Shown here in pieces: positions 10,237-19,899 of a stretch of 64,000 nt of DNA. Within the stretch, counting starts at the first letter, position 1; every line of letters begins with the position of its first letter. The notes under the pieces were generated by a model. It did not search any database and was not told where the DNA came from. It worked only from the letters and a program-made list of their open reading frames with translations. Where the stretch lies: the IMG/VR virus record IMGVR_UViG_3300024999_000034, positions 1-64,000 of that record. The stretch is one strand, 5' to 3'. The DNA comes from a virus. The translations under genes and the position numbers were made by a program.

Positions 10237-11238
10237 TTAGAGCGATGTATTGCGATACGCACAAAACATATTTGAATAAACAATTGTTAAACCGAACTTT
10301 TTATAACTTTCGAAATCAATACTCATATCAGAATTTTCAGTCTCTCTAACAATTGTTTCACCTTCAAATGCAACTTTAACAATTTTGCTTTCATTTGTTA
10401 CAATTACAAAAGCATATTGATCACTCAAAACTTTACTAGTATTAGTATCATCAGCAAAAGCATTAGGCAATACAATAACGCTTGCTCCTCTAAATTTACC
10501 AATTCTTCCGAATTCCCTACGTTCAGTTTTGTCCATATCCGTTATAAAACCAGGAGTTTCTTCAATTGTTCCTGCAAAGGTAGGAGTACAGAAAATTACA
10601 ACATTGTCTCCATAAGATTGAACATTAGTAATCAATTGACCCATTTGACTAGGAACAAAAGCATTTGCTTGAACTTTCATATTGGAAGTCAAACCAGTAA
10701 ATGAAGCAATTAAAGTAGCCTGAATTTGAAGATTAATTTTTTCCATAATACCATCAATAATAGCATTAATTAAATCAGTCCAGTCCACCACTCCATCCAA
10801 GAAACGCTCAAATTCGACATAAACTGCGCCACCATAAGCTTCCATTGTCATATTGATATAGTCTACATCAAGTCTTGTTCTCTCAATTACTCCACCCAAA
10901 CCAACTTTTGTAATAAAATTAAGCAATCCACGTTTGCCTTTTTTGGTTTTAAACTTAGGTTTTTGTCCTTGGTCAAGAATTTGATACTCAACAAAACCAC
11001 CATAAGCGTCATCAACTCTCTTAGGAAGGATTTCATCTACATTTTCTTCAACAAGCTCAAAGATTTCAATTTTGTTTCTACGAAAACTCTTATATCTATT
11101 ATCTCCATCAGGAACCAATTCTTTAAAAGCATCTCTTAACGCACTATTCTTTTCATCAGAGGTATATGTAACCCCATTCTCTACAGTGTCTTTACGATTA
11201 TATGCTTGTTTTGCAAGTTCGAAATATTTTCTTTCCAT
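10237..11238 (-). CDS. Major capsid protein (SPbeta YonB-like)
   Basis: 333 aa, placed after scaffold and decoration genes, with HK97-like spacing of motifs (EIFELVEE...ILP, GKFRGASVIVLPN). Confidence 0.8.
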   Translation of the reverse strand: MERKYFELAKQAYNRKDTVENGVTYTSDEKNSALRDAFKELVPDGDNRYKSFRRNKIEIFELVEENVDEILPKRVDDAYGGFVEYQILDQGQKPKFKTKKGKRGLLNFITKVGLGGVIERTRLDVDYINMTMEAYGGAVYVEFERFLDGVVDWTDLINAIIDGIMEKINLQIQATLIASFTGLTSNMKVQANAFVPSQMGQLITNVQSYGDNVVIFCTPTFAGTIEETPGFITDMDKTERREFGRIGKFRGASVIVLPNAFADDTNTSKVLSDQYAFVIVTNESKIVKVAFEGETIVRETENSDMSIDFESYKKFGLTIVYSNMFCAYRNTSL

Positions 11239-11289
11239 GTTAATCTAATTCCTCCTTCTAATTATTAAATATTATTTTATTGTTTATTA

Positions 11290-11841
11290 TTAAGCTTTAG
11301 TGCATGTGAAGCAAAGCGCAGATTCTCCAGCAGGTAAAGTTACAACTCTAGTTGCTTGTAATTCAATTGCAGCACCAGCATTTTGGATAGGTTCTAATTC
11401 AATCTGACCATTAGTAGATGGATAAGCATATACAGCAGTTCCAGCAGTAATAGCAGCAACAATTGCAGCATAACTAGCATAATCACCATCATCATATTTG
11501 AAGTTATTCGTATCAAACATGTCACCAATATGAAAACGATAAATACGAGGTAAGAATTCACCAAGATTCAATCTAAAATTACCGAGAGACATATCACTCT
11601 CATCATACATTTTTTCCACACATGCTATTAATCCACATCTAATTGTTGGGCCACTAGGAAGGCCAAGAGTTTTTGCATAATGCTCTTCTTCCAAAAGAAA
11701 TCCATTTTGACAAGCTGTGGCAGCAAAATCAGTTGCATTCAACGCATACTGAATGTTATGTTCACCTGTTTTAACCCCTGCTACTTTACGAAGATTTACA
11801 ATACCATATCTACCAGTTACTACATTATTTACATTAGCCAT
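11290..11841 (-). CDS. Putative capsid decoration/stabilising protein
   Basis: Located between the scaffold and major capsid genes. Confidence 0.55.
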   Translation of the reverse strand: MANVNNVVTGRYGIVNLRKVAGVKTGEHNIQYALNATDFAATACQNGFLLEEEHYAKTLGLPSGPTIRCGLIACVEKMYDESDMSLGNFRLNLGEFLPRIYRFHIGDMFDTNNFKYDDGDYASYAAIVAAITAGTAVYAYPSTNGQIELEPIQNAGAAIELQATRVVTLPAGESALCFTCTKA

Positions 11842-11871
11842 TGTTTATTTTCCTCCTTCTAATTAATTTAA

Positions 11872-13608
11872 TTATTTTTTGATACAAGATGTCCAATCAT
11901 CTTTCTTTTTACAAGTAAAACTATTCAATGGAATTTCTGTTTCTATTTTCTTAGGTTTTTTATTGAATTTTGCTTGCAAATCTTTGTCTGCATAAATTAG
12001 CTTGAACTCTTTTTCCATTTCTTCAGTAGAAAGGTCTTTATCTTGTACTAATTTAATTTCTTCGGCAGTCAACACCTTAGAAAAGTTTTCTACTAATTCT
12101 GTTTTGAGTTGAAGTTGTTGTTGAGCGAATAATTCTGCTTGTGCTGTTTCTGTGTTTGATTTAAATTCTAGTAGAGATTGATTGGATTGAGTGAGAGTTT
12201 CATTTTCTGATTCAAGTGCAGAATATTTACTTTGAATCAATTCTAATTCAGGTTTAACTTTTTCAAATTCAATTGTAATAGATTCAAGTTTTGTCTGAAT
12301 TTCAACTTTTTCCAATTCAAGAGCAGTGAACTTTTCTGTAATTTCGACATTTTCTGTTTGGATTGTATTAAATTTTTCTGTAATTGCACCTATATTATCA
12401 CTATCGTTTGATTTTGAAAATGCTTCTGTTAACTCTTTCTCTTTATCGCTTACTGCATAATCAATTGCTTCTTGAGGGAATAAGTTAAACATAGCTACAG
12501 CTTCTCCATCAATAAAATCAACAATTTCAAACTTCTTCCTCTTTTTTGTCGCAAAGTCAACTACAACACTATCACCATTCATAGAGTACATAAAACCATA
12601 AAGATTATAATTGTCTTGTCTATCATAAGCGAATACTTCTATCTCTGAGTTATCAACATAAGAGTATTTTGAACGCTCATCTCCCCATCTGTCCCTATAC
12701 TTCTCCACATTTAAAGCATTTGCAATTTCTTCTTGTTTTTGAGAAGCTAATAGAGCAAAATGTTCCACAATCTTTTCTTCTAATTGTTCAATAGAAAGTT
12801 CTTCAATGCTAAAATTTAACACATCAGAAGTTAGATTGTATTTTTGTAATAATTCCAATTTTTCATCCAATTTTGTATTACCTCCTTTATTTTTCATTGT
12901 TTCTGTATCACCCCCTTTCAGGGGATTATTAATTAATTCACTAATTTGATTATTAAACTCAAATAGTAAATTATTAAACTGAGATTTAAATTGTTCATTA
13001 AAATTATATTTATTTATAATAACTGAAGCTTGCTCAAAACAAGGCTCAACATTATCAACGCCTACTTCACCATTTTCATCTATATCTTTACCTAATAAAC
13101 AAAGTGCAGAATACTCAAATGAATTTATTTGAAAATTACCATTTTCTTTAATAGTAAAGTCACTAATTGAAATTTCCATGCTTTGGTTAATTCCGTCATC
13201 TATAACTTTTTGTATCTGATCTGGGTATCTACCTGCCCAAAGGACAACATCTGCTTGAAGATATTTATGTATTACTCCATTATCTTCAAGTTCAACCCAT
13301 TGTGCATTGTGATTCTCTTTAACTACACCATAAGGAACAGTTTTGTCCTTCAATACCAAAGTATTTCCTTGCCATTCAATTGCAATATCGTGTCCACCAA
13401 AATTTTGTTTTTCAGGCAACCAATTTCCAACTATAGGAATTAGAGATAAACTTGGCATTGCATTAGTAAATGCTAATTCTACAATATCTGAAGAATTTCT
13501 ATTATCACCTTGATATGCAATCAAAGCAGTACCTTCAACAAACTCGGAGTTATTAAGTTGTGTAAAATCATTATTAAACTTTACTTTTAAACTAGGATGC
13601 TTATTCAA
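11872..13608 (-). CDS. Prohead protease/scaffold fusion (YonD-like)
   Basis: N-terminal protease-like domain (NQSMEI, FEYSALCLLG, VEPCFEQA) plus an acidic coiled-coil C-terminus. TTG start with AGGTGGTG RBS. Confidence 0.75.
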   Translation of the reverse strand: MNKHPSLKVKFNNDFTQLNNSEFVEGTALIAYQGDNRNSSDIVELAFTNAMPSLSLIPIVGNWLPEKQNFGGHDIAIEWQGNTLVLKDKTVPYGVVKENHNAQWVELEDNGVIHKYLQADVVLWAGRYPDQIQKVIDDGINQSMEISISDFTIKENGNFQINSFEYSALCLLGKDIDENGEVGVDNVEPCFEQASVIINKYNFNEQFKSQFNNLLFEFNNQISELINNPLKGGDTETMKNKGGNTKLDEKLELLQKYNLTSDVLNFSIEELSIEQLEEKIVEHFALLASQKQEEIANALNVEKYRDRWGDERSKYSYVDNSEIEVFAYDRQDNYNLYGFMYSMNGDSVVVDFATKKRKKFEIVDFIDGEAVAMFNLFPQEAIDYAVSDKEKELTEAFSKSNDSDNIGAITEKFNTIQTENVEITEKFTALELEKVEIQTKLESITIEFEKVKPELELIQSKYSALESENETLTQSNQSLLEFKSNTETAQAELFAQQQLQLKTELVENFSKVLTAEEIKLVQDKDLSTEEMEKEFKLIYADKDLQAKFNKKPKKIETEIPLNSFTCKKKDDWTSCIKK

Positions 13609-13636
13609 TTTTTCACCACCTTTATTATTTTATAAA

Positions 13637-13831
13637 CTAAAACATTATTCTATTACTAACAACGCATTTGCTCTTATCAATATGATTAAAATTAAATTTA
13701 TTGTTGGTATCAATAGCAAAAACCCAACATTGTTTATTATCAATATGGGTTTCTTGAAAAAGTTTTAATTGTTGTGATTGAAGTTTTATTTTTTCTTGTT
13801 CATCAAAACAATATATGAATATTGTGATCAC
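13637..13831 (-). CDS. Small protein, DUF5659-like
   Basis: FIYCFD...CWVF pattern, similar to 44017..44223. Confidence 0.4.
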   Translation of the reverse strand: MITIFIYCFDEQEKIKLQSQQLKLFQETHIDNKQCWVFAIDTNNKFNFNHIDKSKCVVSNRIMF

Positions 13832-13847
13832 CTACTTTTTGTTTTAT

Positions 13848-15218
13848 TTATGATGCTTTTGATAATATGTTTAGTTCTTTTGTTAGTATTGCTTCTATGT
13901 TGTCGAAGTCCCAATACCAAATCTCCAGAAAATTATATTTATTTTCCTTGGCGTATTCTCTTTTTCGCCTATCATGTTCAACTTGTCTTTCAAAGTCTTC
14001 TTTAGTTTGGTTTTTCACAGTTCCATCATGGTATTCGCCTTGATACTCTACTAGAAGATTATATTTAGGCAAATAAAAATCATATGATAGTAGTCCTCCA
14101 CCTAGCCCTATAAGTCCTTCAAATGTTTTTTGAGGTATGAAATATGTATTGTTATGTTTATCAATATCTAACAATTTATCATAATCATCTTGAGCAATTT
14201 CAATAAATTTTTTATAAATAAAAACTCTTTTACATTCTTTTTCTCCTTTAGATTTATTGCATTCTGGACAACCAGTATTCGAACCTGTTCTATTATTTGG
14301 TTTTGCTATCCATTCATGGTTACATTCTTTGCATTGCCACCAGATATCTTTTTCACTACCATAAGTTATATCAAAAGCAGTTAACTTACCATTCTTAGTC
14401 GAATGCCAATCCGAAGCAATTTCAGGAAATTTAGTCGCAAGACAATTAGATAAACCTACTTGCTTACTAGCACAAAAAGAACAACCACAACCACTTGAAA
14501 TATTATCCCATGCTTGATAAAACTCTTCTCCGCACTCTTCTTTTAAACACTTCCATTGGAGTTTTTTACGGTTGTTTTTATATTCTGTACTTATTAATTC
14601 AAAAAGTTTATTATTTAATTTACACCATAATTTAATATTTTGGATAGAATAAGGATTACTATCATCTGCTATATGAAAATTACTTAATCTTTTTAAATCT
14701 GACCAAGTTCTTACATATGTGTATCCATTTTTATCTAATAAAATTAATTTATCCTTATTATTTTTAAATTTATTTAATAGTATTAAATTAAGATTATTAC
14801 TTTCTAAGAATAATTTAATATTCTGAGTTGAATAAATATTTTTCTCACTAACAAAAGCATGATTACTATCAATATTTTTATGTAGTATCCTCCAAGTTAA
14901 ATTATAATAATATCCATCAACGTCACGTAAAATTAAATAAGAATCTTCATTCTTATATTCATCAGATATTAAAGTATATTTATTCTTATAATTTTTTAAA
15001 AATAGTTTTATATTTTGTATAGAATATGGATTAGATGAATGCACAAATTTTGGTCTTACGCCATCACGAAATGAATTCCAAACAATTGTATAATAATAAC
15101 CTTTATTATCTTTAACAATAAGTATTCCTTTATTCCCTGTATATTCTTTACTGATCAGTTCATATCCAAATGACTTCAAATATATTCTAACATCATTTGT
15201 TTCTAATTTATTACTCAT
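13848..15218 (-). CDS. Free-standing endonuclease: three N-terminal repeats, zinc ribbon, PD-(D/E)XK-like domain
   Basis: SNPYSIQNIKL repeats x3, LATKFPEIASDWH...WWQCKECNHEW zinc ribbon, YDFYLPKYNLLVEYQGEYH. Confidence 0.75.
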   Translation of the reverse strand: MSNKLETNDVRIYLKSFGYELISKEYTGNKGILIVKDNKGYYYTIVWNSFRDGVRPKFVHSSNPYSIQNIKLFLKNYKNKYTLISDEYKNEDSYLILRDVDGYYYNLTWRILHKNIDSNHAFVSEKNIYSTQNIKLFLESNNLNLILLNKFKNNKDKLILLDKNGYTYVRTWSDLKRLSNFHIADDSNPYSIQNIKLWCKLNNKLFELISTEYKNNRKKLQWKCLKEECGEEFYQAWDNISSGCGCSFCASKQVGLSNCLATKFPEIASDWHSTKNGKLTAFDITYGSEKDIWWQCKECNHEWIAKPNNRTGSNTGCPECNKSKGEKECKRVFIYKKFIEIAQDDYDKLLDIDKHNNTYFIPQKTFEGLIGLGGGLLSYDFYLPKYNLLVEYQGEYHDGTVKNQTKEDFERQVEHDRRKREYAKENKYNFLEIWYWDFDNIEAILTKELNILSKAS

Positions 15219-15314
15219 ATTATATCTCCCTTCATATAGAAATCCCTTAAATTATAAAAGTGGCAGGAAGTAGGGAAACTTCTTTTCGATCCGTCGATCT
15301 AGCCACAAAACCTT

Positions 15315-16928
15315 TTATCGTTTGTTATTTTCTTTGTCTTTGCTAATAATCCCACCATCAGTTAAATCACCATCTGCTTTAGTTGGTCTTCCACCAATAT
15401 CGTCTTGACTACCAGAATTTTGGTTCATATTAATAGGAGTTATCCATGATTCTTTTGATTTTGTTAAATTTTCATATTCAAGACTAGCTAAATAATCATT
15501 ACTGTTATGTCCTGCCTTACTTGAAAGTATAGAAAATGACCCACCTATTGTAGTCAATTTATATTCCTGCTCAATCTGCTCATTTTGATTGTACCAAGTT
15601 ATTTTCCATATATTTAGTTTAAATGTATATTTTTTCCTTAAATTTACATTGCTAATTCTATAATTAAACCAACTTTGAATCTTGTCAAGCATGTTAAATA
15701 CATTAGACTGTATGTAAACTAAATTCTGAGTTACACCTACTGAAGAATTTGTTGAACTACCTCCGAGAAGCAGTGGATTTGCTCCTGCTTGCATATAAGC
15801 CATTGACTTAGCAAATTCAGCTAAAGATTCTTTTTCATTTTGAACACTTTTAAAAGAAATTTCTTCTAATTTATACGGACTACCGACAACGCAAACTGAC
15901 TCTGGCAAACCTTGACTTACAACGTCCACCCAGGAAGAAACGACTTCTGGTTCTACCAATGGGATACCACTCTCTTCGTCTGTCGGAAATTTAATGGAGA
16001 CCATTTTTAATTTTTGATCCCTAGAAGACTCTATCTCTTCATCAATCAAATCATTAAGCAAAAATAATTCAGTAAATAATTGACTATACAATGGTAAAAA
16101 GAAAGTATCATTATCTCCACCTAATTTAATACAGCAAACTTTTTCATTAGGCAAAGGTTGCCATTCTGGATATCTCAATTTGTCTGGATTCTTTTTATAT
16201 CTATCATATAGAGACTTAAATTCAGCAGGATATACTCCCCAAGCAAATTCAGATAATTCATTATCTCTTGTTAAATCATCAAAATACTTGAAGTTAAATT
16301 CCACCTTGTATTGTCCACTTTTAATTGAATAAAGCCTAATATACTTAATTGGTAAGTCCCATAGATAAGGAAAGTCTCCATCATTTTTCTCAAATCCACA
16401 ATATGCACCATATCTAACAATACTTTCAATTATTCTTCTTCCAGTTTTCTTTATATCAATATTTTCAACATAATTCCTAACTGTATCAAATTCATTTTCA
16501 AAATTATTTAAAATCTTATCAAAAATTTCTTGATCTATTAGATTACCTAATTCATCAAACTCAGTTTTTGCTTTTATTTCTAAATTAAGTTTTCTCATTG
16601 TAGATTTTGTTGGTTGGAGATAATTATCTAGAGTTGCCATATTAGAAGTTAGATTAACTAAAGTCTTATATATTCCTTCAGGTGCATACAATGTATCAGA
16701 TAAATCTAGAATTTCTGTTTGAAATTTAATTGGATTATTTAACCACAATTTTATTTTATCTATTGTTATATTTTTACTGTTTTTTGTTGATCTTTTATTT
16801 GAGAAAAATGATGCAATGCGAGAGAGGGAGAAGTTTTTTGATTTTGATGGTTCCCATGATTCTTTTAAGGCAAATAGATTGGGGGAGAGGGGTTGGGAAG
16901 ATGATGGAGTTTTGTTTTGATCTGACAA
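15315..16928 (-). CDS. Portal protein (YonE-like)
   Basis: 537 aa directly after TerL, C-terminal GGRP motif typical of these portals. Confidence 0.8.
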   Translation of the reverse strand: MSDQNKTPSSSQPLSPNLFALKESWEPSKSKNFSLSRIASFFSNKRSTKNSKNITIDKIKLWLNNPIKFQTEILDLSDTLYAPEGIYKTLVNLTSNMATLDNYLQPTKSTMRKLNLEIKAKTEFDELGNLIDQEIFDKILNNFENEFDTVRNYVENIDIKKTGRRIIESIVRYGAYCGFEKNDGDFPYLWDLPIKYIRLYSIKSGQYKVEFNFKYFDDLTRDNELSEFAWGVYPAEFKSLYDRYKKNPDKLRYPEWQPLPNEKVCCIKLGGDNDTFFLPLYSQLFTELFLLNDLIDEEIESSRDQKLKMVSIKFPTDEESGIPLVEPEVVSSWVDVVSQGLPESVCVVGSPYKLEEISFKSVQNEKESLAEFAKSMAYMQAGANPLLLGGSSTNSSVGVTQNLVYIQSNVFNMLDKIQSWFNYRISNVNLRKKYTFKLNIWKITWYNQNEQIEQEYKLTTIGGSFSILSSKAGHNSNDYLASLEYENLTKSKESWITPINMNQNSGSQDDIGGRPTKADGDLTDGGIISKDKENNKR

Positions 16929-16965
16929 GGATGAACCTCCTTTCTGTTTGTTTATTGTGATTGTG

Positions 16966-18789
16966 TTAACGTCTTGCTCTGCTTGATTTATTTGCTATTG
17001 CGAAATAGGATGATGGGGAGATATTTGTTGGACGTTTTTTATTAGTTATATTCTTTCTTCTCAGTTCCGATAAATGCCATGCCAACATTGCACAAGCATA
17101 TGCCCTATCGTCATTCATTTTATGTATTTTGTCTGATGGCAAATCATATCTGCAATTCCCATTTGAACTTTCAAACCTATAAATATTAACAAGTTCTTCT
17201 TTAAGAAGATCAATTTGCACTAACGCCATTTCTTCCTCAAAAGATAATTTGTATATACTTGATTTTATTTCTTCTCCTTCTGTTTCATTTATAGTTAAAT
17301 AACCTTTGCCATCATATGTTTCAGGAAAAGAGATTAAATCTAAATTTATCATTTCAATTAAAGCTTCAAAAAGATGTTTTTTGTATTTTTGGGGAGAAAC
17401 TAATTTAAGTTTATCAATCGCATTAGGAAATTTAGATATATAATCTGCAGATTCTATTTTATCAATTAATCCTTTGTGTTTATTTCCTTGCTTATCTATC
17501 CAATCTTCCATAAAATAATCAGCAATATTTACTCCAGCTCCTCCAGACCCCGAATCGATTCCCAATATTTCAAGATTTTCATAGTCTGCTGCTTGTTTGC
17601 CATTGTAATCAAGTATCATCTGTTTAACTAAATCTACCTGTTCAGGAGTTCTCATTGGAGTTTTCTTCTTTTTAGCAACATCAACAAAACTTACACCACT
17701 ACTAATTTTTAACTTGTATCCAACAATATCGTCTAAAATAAATTCACCCACTACACATACAGAATTGTCGTATGAACGGGCAGGATCATACATAATACCA
17801 AATTTTCCACCAGTATTGTTATATAAAGTCGGAATTCGTAATTCTGAATTTTTTATAATGGTTGCACGTTTTATAATTTGATTATTGCCACCCTCAGTAG
17901 TAAAAATATTTTTGTACTCTCGTTCGGCTTTAATTTTATTTTCTCGCATTGCAGAATCGATTTTGTCTTGAGTTAATAATGCAACTGGATATAATTTACC
18001 ATTATATGTAGCATTCATTACAATATCCGAACTAATATCTGCAACAAAAAATCTTTTATCACCTAAAAACATTTTTTTGCTAAAATCCCTGTATTTTCTA
18101 AAGAAATATGTATCAATACTAGATGCCGAAGATGCATATATTAATTGATTCGGAAATTGCTTTGGGTACAAAGTAACATCAATATCTCCACCTAATTTAA
18201 AGTCTGCATTTTGAGTTGTAAAAGGTTCGGAAGTTGTAAATAATTCGTCTGAAGCGAATCCTGACTCATCGTAAAAATTTAAATTTGAGCGTTTTGAGCG
18301 ATTTGAGTCAACCGCACCGTTTAGTGAATAAGTTGTGCTACCATTATAAAGAGAACATTTAAAACTAGCAGGGTTGTGAGTAAACCCATCTGTATTTGCA
18401 GCAGACTTTACTGTTTCATTTAAAAAAACATCTGTTAAACCAGTAAAGGATGCAATATTATTTTTTGCGATATTCTCAATTTTCATAAACATTTCTTGAC
18501 TTTGCGACCCAACGCCAGCTAGAATATATGTATTAAAATTTGGTATAAGTAGTGACTTAGACATTATGAATGGAGATCCCAATGTAGTTTTCCCACCGTT
18601 TCTGCCCATGCACCAAACGCAAAATGGAGTCATCCAACTTTCCATAAAAACATATTTTTGATAATCTAAAAGATCAATTCCAAACATTAATTCCACGAAC
18701 CTCAGAGGCCATTTACGACCCCATTGAATGATTTCTGCAAGTTTTAAATATCCATCAATCTTTCTCTGTGACATCATTTTTTTATCCAT
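16966..18789 (-). CDS. terL: Terminase large subunit (YonF-like)
   Basis: Walker A GRNGGKTT, Walker B NFYDESG, nuclease YDPARSYD and DDRAYA. Confidence 0.9.
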   Translation of the reverse strand: MDKKMMSQRKIDGYLKLAEIIQWGRKWPLRFVELMFGIDLLDYQKYVFMESWMTPFCVWCMGRNGGKTTLGSPFIMSKSLLIPNFNTYILAGVGSQSQEMFMKIENIAKNNIASFTGLTDVFLNETVKSAANTDGFTHNPASFKCSLYNGSTTYSLNGAVDSNRSKRSNLNFYDESGFASDELFTTSEPFTTQNADFKLGGDIDVTLYPKQFPNQLIYASSASSIDTYFFRKYRDFSKKMFLGDKRFFVADISSDIVMNATYNGKLYPVALLTQDKIDSAMRENKIKAEREYKNIFTTEGGNNQIIKRATIIKNSELRIPTLYNNTGGKFGIMYDPARSYDNSVCVVGEFILDDIVGYKLKISSGVSFVDVAKKKKTPMRTPEQVDLVKQMILDYNGKQAADYENLEILGIDSGSGGAGVNIADYFMEDWIDKQGNKHKGLIDKIESADYISKFPNAIDKLKLVSPQKYKKHLFEALIEMINLDLISFPETYDGKGYLTINETEGEEIKSSIYKLSFEEEMALVQIDLLKEELVNIYRFESSNGNCRYDLPSDKIHKMNDDRAYACAMLAWHLSELRRKNITNKKRPTNISPSSYFAIANKSSRARR

Positions 18790-19879
18790 CTATTAATGTC
18801 ACCACATTTGATTTTATTTTTAACAATCTTAATTCTTCTTCAAGTTCTATATTTTTGGAATCTAACTTTTCTATTAATTCTCTTTGCTCATTAATCATTG
18901 CACTGTAATCATTTTCATCAAATTGTAATTGTTTCCTTATGCTTTCATTACTCATATCTGCAACCTGTCTAATTCCCTGACATGTTTCGATGTCATAAAG
19001 ATTTACTTCTACTTCCATAAATCCTTTTTCTTGAAGTTGTTTCATTATCCCAGATAATGTACCAGCACCCTTGGATTTCTTATTTGAATGATTTACAGAT
19101 ATACCATTATCTTTTGCCATAGCAAGAATTGCACGATACATTTTGTCTTTTGCCTCAAATAATGACTTAATCCCACCAACCTGACTTTGTACCGACCCAA
19201 TATCACTAGTCATCAGTGCCAATGCTTGATTTATTTTATCTATTTGATTAAAACTTTTTGCTATCTCTATTACTATAGGTAATTTAAATGAATCTTCAAG
19301 CGTTGATTCGTCAAGCATATCTACTAATGAATTATATAAAGCTTTTTGATCTAATGGATTTTCATTTTCAAATGGGTCATATCCTACCATTCTAATTACA
19401 TCTTCTTTATTTCTCTTGTCTTCATCGTTAAACTCAATATTTATTCCTGTTTCAAATATATTCTTTTCTCCACTTACGTCAATAAGAGTAGAATCAAAAA
19501 ATGTTTTTGAACTATATTGAGGCAAACTGTTAATTTTTTGAAAATATATTCCAGCGATATTTGTATTTCCATTTGTCGCTTGTTGTGCTACGCTTGGATA
19601 TAAATTTGAATCAAAATATACATCTAACAATCTACACAAAAAATATAAAGCTATTTTTGTATCTTCATAATTATTTACTAAAAAAGAATACAATTCAATT
19701 ACACACTCTTTGCATACTACCATTCTTTGGTCATTACCTTTAAGAATTATTGAATTTGACTTATAAAATTCTTTATCTTTTTGTTTTTCTTTGGTACAGC
19801 ATACACACTTAAATAAAATCTTCTCTTTTGTTTGTGGCACTATTCCCACAGATGCCACTTTCTTAGGTCTTCCTGCCAC
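18782..19879 (-). CDS. Terminase small subunit-like protein (YonG-like)
   Basis: Overlaps the TerL start, MAGRPKK N-terminus, CxCC...CKEC zinc motif. Confidence 0.6.
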   Translation of the reverse strand: MAGRPKKVASVGIVPQTKEKILFKCVCCTKEKQKDKEFYKSNSIILKGNDQRMVVCKECVIELYSFLVNNYEDTKIALYFLCRLLDVYFDSNLYPSVAQQATNGNTNIAGIYFQKINSLPQYSSKTFFDSTLIDVSGEKNIFETGINIEFNDEDKRNKEDVIRMVGYDPFENENPLDQKALYNSLVDMLDESTLEDSFKLPIVIEIAKSFNQIDKINQALALMTSDIGSVQSQVGGIKSLFEAKDKMYRAILAMAKDNGISVNHSNKKSKGAGTLSGIMKQLQEKGFMEVEVNLYDIETCQGIRQVADMSNESIRKQLQFDENDYSAMINEQRELIEKLDSKNIELEEELRLLKIKSNVVTLIDG

Positions 19880-19899
19880 AAGGTCACTTCCTTTAATTA

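Noticed and set aside
9296-11238. Group I intron or intein in capsid, TerL, portal or RNAP
   Set aside because: These ORFs are continuous, of expected size, and lack intein or splice motifs. The nucleases are free-standing.
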